Assembly (NCBI RefSeq): GCF_004010195.1
Contig: NC_057754.1
Coordinates: forward strand, 16,474 to 54,721
DNA length: 38,248 nt
DNA from: Chiloscyllium plagiosum
Lineage: Eukaryota
Reading direction: 5' to 3'
A program made the position numbers and the translations under genes. This document shows, in pieces, positions 32,225 through 38,248 of the stretch (positions are counted from its first letter, which is position 1; each line of letters opens with the position of its first letter). The notes under the pieces were generated by a model. That model made no database searches. It was not told the origin of the DNA and worked only from the letters and a program-made list of their open reading frames with translations.

Positions 32225-32666
32225 CTGCCAGGTCTCCCTCGCCGTCTCCATCCGAGTCCTGAAAGGCCGGGCTGTGGATCCGGTAGAGGCCGCCGCGCTG
32301 CCACCAGGGGGAGGGGGGGAGCGGGCGGCAGCGCGGGGCCTGGACGATGATCACCACCGCCCCCGCCAACATGGCGAGCCAGGCCAGCCAGAAGAGGGTT
32401 AAGAGCAGCCAGCGGCTCCGGACCCAGGCCGGGCTGCTCGCCACCGCCAGCAGCTCATCTTTACTCAGGCCCGTGAACTTAGCGGGAGTCGCAGGCCCAA
32501 CTCCAAGGCCCGAGCCGGGAGTCGCTTCCCCCTTCTCCCCTTTCACAGCCCCGTTCGTGTCCCCAGCCAGGCCCGCTGTCATCGGCAGCTTCTCCTGGTC
32601 TACTTCGTTCAGCTCGACCTCCTTAAGGCCCAGCTCAGCGTCCTTCATCCCGGCCTCAGAGCTCAT
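32225..32666 (-). CDS. SLC3A2: 4F2 cell-surface antigen heavy chain (CD98hc), coding exon 1: cytoplasmic tail, TM helix, conserved Cys, start of GH13-like ectodomain
   Basis: MSSEAGMKDAELGLKEVELNEVDQEKLPM...KFTGLSKDELLAVASSPAWVRSRWLLLTLFWLAWLAMLAGAVVIIVQAPRCRPLP...WWQRGGLY matches the SLC3A2 N-terminus. ATG is in an AACATG context. The GT donor (32224-32223) lies right at the gap edge, phase 1. Upstream non-coding or alternative exons cannot be excluded. Confidence 0.95.
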
Positions 32667-32708
32667 GTTAGCGGCTCTCCAAAACACTGCTGTCGGCCTT
32701 GAAACTAG

Positions 32709-32925
32709 GCAATACTGCTACTACAGCCCCGTGACACTGCAATACTGCTACTACAGCCCCGTGACACTGCAATACTGCTTCCCACAGCCCTGTAATACTG
32801 CAATACTGCTACTACAGCCCCGTAATACTGCAATACTGCTTCCCACAGCCCTGTAATACTGCTACTACAGCCCTGTGACACTGCAATACTGCTTCCACAA
32901 CCCTGTAATACTATTGCTGTAATAA
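32709..32925. repeat. About 30-bp minisatellite (about 7 degenerate units) just upstream of the SLC3A2 ATG
   Basis: Unit GCAATACTGCT(A/T)C(T/C)ACAGCCC(C/T)GT(GAC/AAT)ACT. Confidence 0.9.
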
Positions 32926-33474
32926 TCCTGCTACAGTTCTCCAACACTACGCCACAGAACTGCGTCCGTGCGCGCGCTCTCTCTAAAAGCTTAATTAGTT
33001 TCCAGACCGTCTCCCTTTCTCTGAGGAATCCCACCTCACTCCCTTCCCCTTTTAAAGGCTCTGCCAGCCTCCTCCTCCTCGTCACTGCAGAATTTAAGGT
33101 GGAACTTCCAGTATTCACACTGCAGGAGAGTTACTAAAAATCTCAGGGGTACAACGACTTCAGGAAATATGGAGAGACTGGAGAAATTGGGATTATTCTG
33201 CTCTGAGTAGAGAAGGTTAGGAAAGGAGATATCCTTGCATTTACCTTGTCTGGTTCTAATAGAATTTTCATGAGCTTTCCAGCCTCATTCTTCTAAATTC
33301 CAGTGACTGTAGCACACTGATCCAGCCTCTCTTCATATCTTAGTTCTGCCAATACAGGAATCAGTCTGATAAACCGTCATTGTACTCCCTCATAACTAGA
33401 ACATCTTTTAGTGACAGTCACCAAAACTGGAAACAAAACTTCATATTTGTTCTCACCAAGGCCTTGTGTAATTG

Positions 33475-33771
33475 ATTAGATTAGTTACTGTGTGGAAACA
33501 GGCCCTTCGGCCCAACAAGTCCACACCGACCCTCCGAAGAGCAACCCACCCAGACCCATTCCCCTACATTTACCCCTTCACCTAACACTATGGGCAATTT
33601 AGCATGGCCAATTCACCTAACCTGCACATTTTTGGACTGTGGGAGGAAACCGGAGGAAACCCACGCAGACACAGGGCGAACGTGCAAATTCCACGCAGTC
33701 AGTCGCCTGAGGCGGGAATTGAATTCGGGTCTCTGGCGCTGTGAGGCAGCAGTGCTAACCACTGTGCCACC
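33475..33771 (-). mobile_element. tRNA-derived SINE (HE1/V-SINE-like) inserted in a minus-strand CR1 (about 33240-34270)
   Basis: Candidate TSD AATTG (33470-33474 and 33775-33779), and an (attag)n tail. Confidence 0.9.
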
Positions 33772-35649
33772 CAAAATTGTAGCAAGACACCCTTGTTCCT
33801 TTACTAAAAACCTCTCGCTATTAAGGTTAACAGACTATTTGCCTGCTGTAGCTGCATGCTTACTTCCAGTGATTGATACACAAGGACACCCAGGTCTCTC
33901 TGTACCTCCCCTTTTCCCAATCTATCACCAGTCAGATAATAATCTGCCTTTCTGGTTTTGCTACCAAGGTGAATAACCTCACATTTATCCATATTAAACT
34001 GCATATGCCAAGCATTTGCCCACTGATTCAATTTGTTCAAATCACACTGAAGCATCTCTTCAGCCTGCTCATGATTCAGCCTCTGTAAACTTAGAGATAT
34101 TACATTTAGTTCCCTATCTAAATTAGTCATGCATGTCGTGAATAGCTTGTGGCCAAACACTGATCCCTGACGTATCCCATTAATAATTGTCTGCCACTGG
34201 AAAATGACCTATTTATTGCTACTTTTTGTTTCCTGTCTGCCAATCAGTTCTCTATCCATGTCACTACACTTTCTCACACATATCCTCCCCCCCCCCCCCC
34301 AAAATCACATGTATTTCAAAACACTAGTTAGCTCAGAGAAGATTTGACAGAGTTTTTCAAACTCATTAGGCATCTGGCAGAGTGGACAAGGAGAAATTAT
34401 TCTGTGCTAAAGAATCAAGAACCAGAAGGCACTGTAAAAGAAGCAATGCAAAGGTGAGATAAACTTTTCTCACATAGTGGGTACTTAGGATATGGAATGA
34501 ACTGTCTGGAATTGAAAACAAAATAGCTATGTTCTAGTAGCCATGACAGAAACATGGCTGTCAGATTATGTGGATATTGCACCTGAATATTGTAGGGTGT
34601 AGGATATTTTAGGGAAGAAAAGGTGGAGGGTGGCTCTGTTCATTAATGATAGCTTGTACGCAAGAAAGAAGGACTACCTAGGTTTAGGGACGAGGTTGTA
34701 AAAAATGGTTTGAGTTGAGGTGAAAAAAGATAAAAGCAATAAGTCACTTGTAGGAATGGTATATGGATCCCAACATTCACCATTGTACTCCCTCATAGCT
34801 AGAACATCTTTTAGTGACAGTCACCAAAACTGGAAACAATACTTCGTATTTGGTCTCACCAAGGCCCTGTGTAATTGTAGCAAGACATCCTTGTCCCTTT
34901 ACTCAAAACCTCTCGATTAACAGATTATTTGCTTGCTGTAGCTGCATGCTTACTTCCAGTGACTGGTACACAAGGCCACCCAGGAGATCAGAAAGGATAA
35001 AAGCAATAAGTCACTTGTAGGAATGGTATATGGATCCCAGCATTCACCACATGTTACAGTGGAACTTAAATGAGCTTGTCAGGGAAGCAAAATCACAGGA
35101 ATAGGAGAATTTACAGACAGACTAAAAAATTCAGATGGGCAAAGATGAAAAATTCATGGAACTTTTCCTGGATAGTTTCTTGGAACAGCATGTTATCAAG
35201 CCAATCGGAGAGCTGGCTATACTGAACCTGGTGCTGTGTAATAAGATACACTTAATTAATGATCTCATGGTAAACGTGTCCGACAAAACAGCAAGCATAA
35301 TGCAATTGAATCTTACATTCAGTTTGATGTAGGAATGAGTGTGTTTGAGACTATTTTTAAAAATTTAGATAAGGGGAATTATCAAGACATGAAAGAAGAG
35401 CTGGCTGAAGTGAATTGGCAAATTAGGTTAAAGGCTATGTCAATAGATATCCAATAGCAGAGACTATTTCAGAATATACAGATCAGGTACATTTCAACCA
35501 ACAAGAAAAATTTCAAGGATGGATCTGCCATCTGTGGCTAACGAGAAAGGTTAAAGATAGTACCAAACGTAAAGAAAAGCAGATAATTGTGGAGCATTGA
35601 GTCAGAAGAGTGGGCAGCATATAAAAAAAATTCATAAAGAGAGAAATTA

Positions 35650-36316
35650 AGAAGCACAGCATGTCAGGCAGCATCCGAGGAGCAGGAGAGTCGACGTTTC
35701 AGGCAGCCTCATCAGGAATGAGGCTGTGAGCCAAGGGGGTGGTGAGATAAATGGGAGGAGGGTAGGGCTGGAGGGGAAGATCTCTGAGAGTGCGATAGAT
35801 AGATGGAGGTGGGATGAGGAAACTGGTGAAATCCACATTGATGCCATGGGGTTGGAGGGTCCCAAGGCAGAGGATGAGGGGTTCTTCTTCCAGGCTTCAG
35901 GTGGTTAGGGAGTGGTGATGGATGAGGCCCAGGACTTGCATGTCCTTGGCGGAGTAGGAAGGGGGAGTTGAAGTGCTCAGCCATGGGGCGGTGGGGTTGG
36001 TTGGTGTGGGTGTCTGAAGCACACTGTGAGTAGGCATTCTGTCTACCCAATGTAGAGGAGACCGCATCAGGAGCAACAGCATGTGTGGACGTGCAGGTGA
36101 AACTTTGATGGATGTGGAAGGCTCCTTTGGGGCCTTGGACGAAGGTGAGGGGGGAGGTGTGAGTGTGGGTTTTGCAATTCCTGCGGTGGCAGTAGGTGCC
36201 GGGAGTGGAGGGTGGTTTGGTGGGGGGAGTGGAGCTGACAAGGGAATGGTCTTTGCGGAAAGTTGGTAGGGGTGGGGAGAAAAATATATCTCTGGTGGTG
36301 GGGTCCGTTTGTAAGT
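35650..36316 (-). mobile_element. Penelope-like element 3' fragment (decayed endonuclease region + pLTR), probable parent family of the short palindromic elements
   Basis: The terminal sequence agcacagcatgtcaggcagcatccgaggagcaggagagtcgacgtttcagg matches the arms at 20355-20574. The minus strand shows PMAEHFNSP and CTGATGA...GAAACGTC. Confidence 0.75.
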
Positions 36317-36964
36317 GAGCATTGATCCTATAGAAAGCAAATCTGGAGATTGAATAGTGGAAAATAAAGAAACAGCAAGTGAATTGAACAGGAATTTTGC
36401 ATCAAAAATATAAATTGTTGGTGAAACTCAGTAGGCCTGTGGGGAGAAAAACAGAGTTAAAGTTTCAAATTCAGTGACTCTTCATCAGAATGTAGGGTGT
36501 TTTGCATCAGCCGCCATGATAAAGAAATATAAAATTGTATCAATTCTGCTGCATTGCATGTTTCTTCAAAGTGAATTGGCTTTAAGATGATTGAAGAATT
36601 TATTTGTAGAACTTTCCTTACCTGTATTGGCTACATAACATGATTCTGGCCCCATGAGTTTAAATGGCGTGGCTATTGCACAACTTTCTTGTAATGCACG
36701 ATTGCAGAACTATCAAGTTATATCAGAACTGACAGATATATGTTAATATCCCAGAAATAAATGTAAATCAGGAGATGAGAGGGAAGGAGGAACTCAGGAA
36801 AGTCACAATCACCAGGGAAGTGGCACTGAGTAAATTGTTGGAGCTGAGGGGTGACAGTTGTGTGAAAGGCAAATTCTGTTTGGCCAATCAAATTAAGTTC
36901 TTTGAAGAGGTAACACATGCTGAGGATAAAGGGAATCAACAGATATACTGTACTGAGATTTTTT

Positions 36965-37273
36965 TTAGATTAGATTAGATTACTTACAGTGTGGAAACAG
37001 GTCCTTCGGCCCAACAAGTCCACACCGACCTGCCGAAGCGTAACCCACCCATTCCCCTACATTTACCCCTTTTCCTAACACTACAGGCAATTTAGCATGG
37101 CCAATTCACCTGACGTACTAATCTTTGGACTGTGGGAGGAAACCGGAGGAAACCTGCGCAGACACGGGGAGAATGTGCAAACTCCACACAGTCAGTCGCC
37201 TGAGTCGGGAATTGAACCCGGGTCTCTGGCGCTGTGAGGTAGCAGTGCTAACCACTGTGCCACCGTGCCGCCC
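36965..37273 (-). mobile_element. tRNA-derived SINE (HE1/V-SINE-like)
   Basis: Very similar to 33475-33771. B box GGTTCAATTCC on the minus strand. Confidence 0.9.
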
Positions 37274-37877
37274 ACTGAATGCATTTAAAAGCTCATGATT
37301 TAAGGGTTAAATATTAATGCGGATAGAAGATTGACTGGCTAACAGGAAGCAGATTTAAATGGAGGTTTCTCAGGTTGACAAGATGTATCAACTGGTGTGT
37401 CATTGGAATCAGTGATGGGACCTCATCTGTTTACAATTACTGTTGATGATTTGGATCATGGGACCAAAGGTCTGGTAAATGAATTTGCTTATGACACAAA
37501 GAAGAGAGAAAAATGAATTGTGAAGAGAACATAAGGCGCCTGCAAAGTCACTGAGACAGGTTAAGTGAGTGAGCACAGATGTGGCAAATGGAGTAATAAT
37601 ATGGGAAAATATGAAGTTGTCCATTTTGTCAGAAAGAATAAAGAAACATTTTATCTAAATAGTGAGAGCTTGCAGAGCTCGTGAATATATCACAGAAAGT
37701 TAATATGCGGTACAGCAGGTAATTAGGAAAGCTAATTGAATGTTATTGTTTATCACAAGGGGAATTGATTGCAAAGGGAGGTTATGATTCATATATACAG
37801 GGCATTGGTGTGACTGCATCTGGAGTACGTGTACAGTACTGGTCACTGTACTTACCTAAGGATCTTAATGTATCAGA

Positions 37878-38035
37878 AGGGAACACCACACTGTCAGAGG
37901 GTCTGTTCTGAGGGAGTGCCACACTGTCAAAGGGTCAGAACTGAGGGTGCACTGCACTGTCGGGGGGGTCACTGCTGAGGAGAGTGCTGCACTGTCAGAG
38001 GTGTTATCTTTGGAAAAGACATTAACCAAAGGCTC
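37878..38035 (+). mobile_element. Deu-domain SINE fragment (SacSINE1/AmnSINE1-like) with an internal tandem repeat of about 33 bp
   Basis: Four degenerate copies of gagggagtgctgcactgtcagagggtcagtact, followed by gaggtgttatctttggaaaagacattaaccaaaggc. Confidence 0.6.
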
Positions 38036-38248
38036 AGATTCCTCCCTCCCCTTCCTCGACCTTTCTATTTCTATCTCAGGCGACCGAATCAACACGGACA
38101 TCTACTACAAACAGACTGACTCCCACAGCTACCTGGACTACACCTCCTCCCATCCTGCCCCCTGTACACGAGGAAGTTGAACAGTTCATCCACTTCACCA
38201 ACACCTTCCACCCCGACCTCAAATTCACCTGGACAGTCCCAGATTCCT
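38033..38248 (+). mobile_element. Penelope-like RT fragments (rearranged), running off the window
   Basis: SDSSLPFLDLSISISGDRINTDIYYKQTDSHSYLDYTSSHP, followed by the normally upstream segment EEVEQFIHFTNTFHPDLKFTW. Confidence 0.8.

Larger units (their letters stand above)
34520..37870 (+). mobile_element. Old degenerate CR1 LINE (EN to RT) with nested inserts
   Basis: gtagccatgacagaaacatggctg (VAMTETWL), FLDSFLEQHV...ILNLVLCN, and KGKFCLANQIKFFEEVT. Confidence 0.75.

Noticed and set aside
30782..32350. 522-aa ORF apparently fusing an RT with GC-rich sequence
   Set aside because: It reads through a 767-nt gap. It is a CR1 fragment plus the antisense strand of SLC3A2 exon 1.
32667..32687. Upstream start MFWRAAN given by the ORF track
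   Set aside because: It begins at GTG, not ATG. The ATG at 32666 has good context and matches orthologue N-termini.
32930..38248. SNHG1/UHG snoRNA cluster (SNORD22, SNORD25-31), which is head-to-head with SLC3A2 in human
   Set aside because: I found no recognisable C/D snoRNA guides by eye, and the region is TE-derived. The cluster may lie outside the window. An Infernal search would be decisive.

Overview
Vertebrate genomic DNA, almost certainly from a cartilaginous fish (inferred from shark-type HE1/V-SINE-like SINEs, Deu-domain SINE remnants, and dense CR1 and Penelope elements). Two protein-coding genes were reconstructed by hand, both on the minus strand. COX8A has 2 exons (6641-6528 and 5904-5809; 69 aa) and is not shown correctly by the ORF track. 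SLC3A2/4F2hc/CD98hc has 9 coding exons (32666-25016; 547 aa). Most of the rest is nested transposable elements: several CR1 LINE families, a Penelope-like element with inverted pLTRs and minimal hammerhead ribozymes, short palindromic Penelope derivatives, two solo LTRs with clean TSDs, a degenerate Gmr1-like Gypsy remnant, tRNA-derived SINEs and a Tc1/mariner (Tigger-like) MITE. There are three assembly gaps. The most notable observations are: (1) an 8-copy 29-bp array of ETS(GABP)+E-box motifs just upstream of the COX8A ATG; (2) a 4F2hc that keeps the GH13/rBAT-type DxDGDGxGD loop; (3) a sense-oriented solo LTR in SLC3A2 intron 2; (4) back-to-back hammerheads in a palindromic Penelope derivative; (5) a locally templated insertion. 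I found no convincing wholly new multi-gene system.
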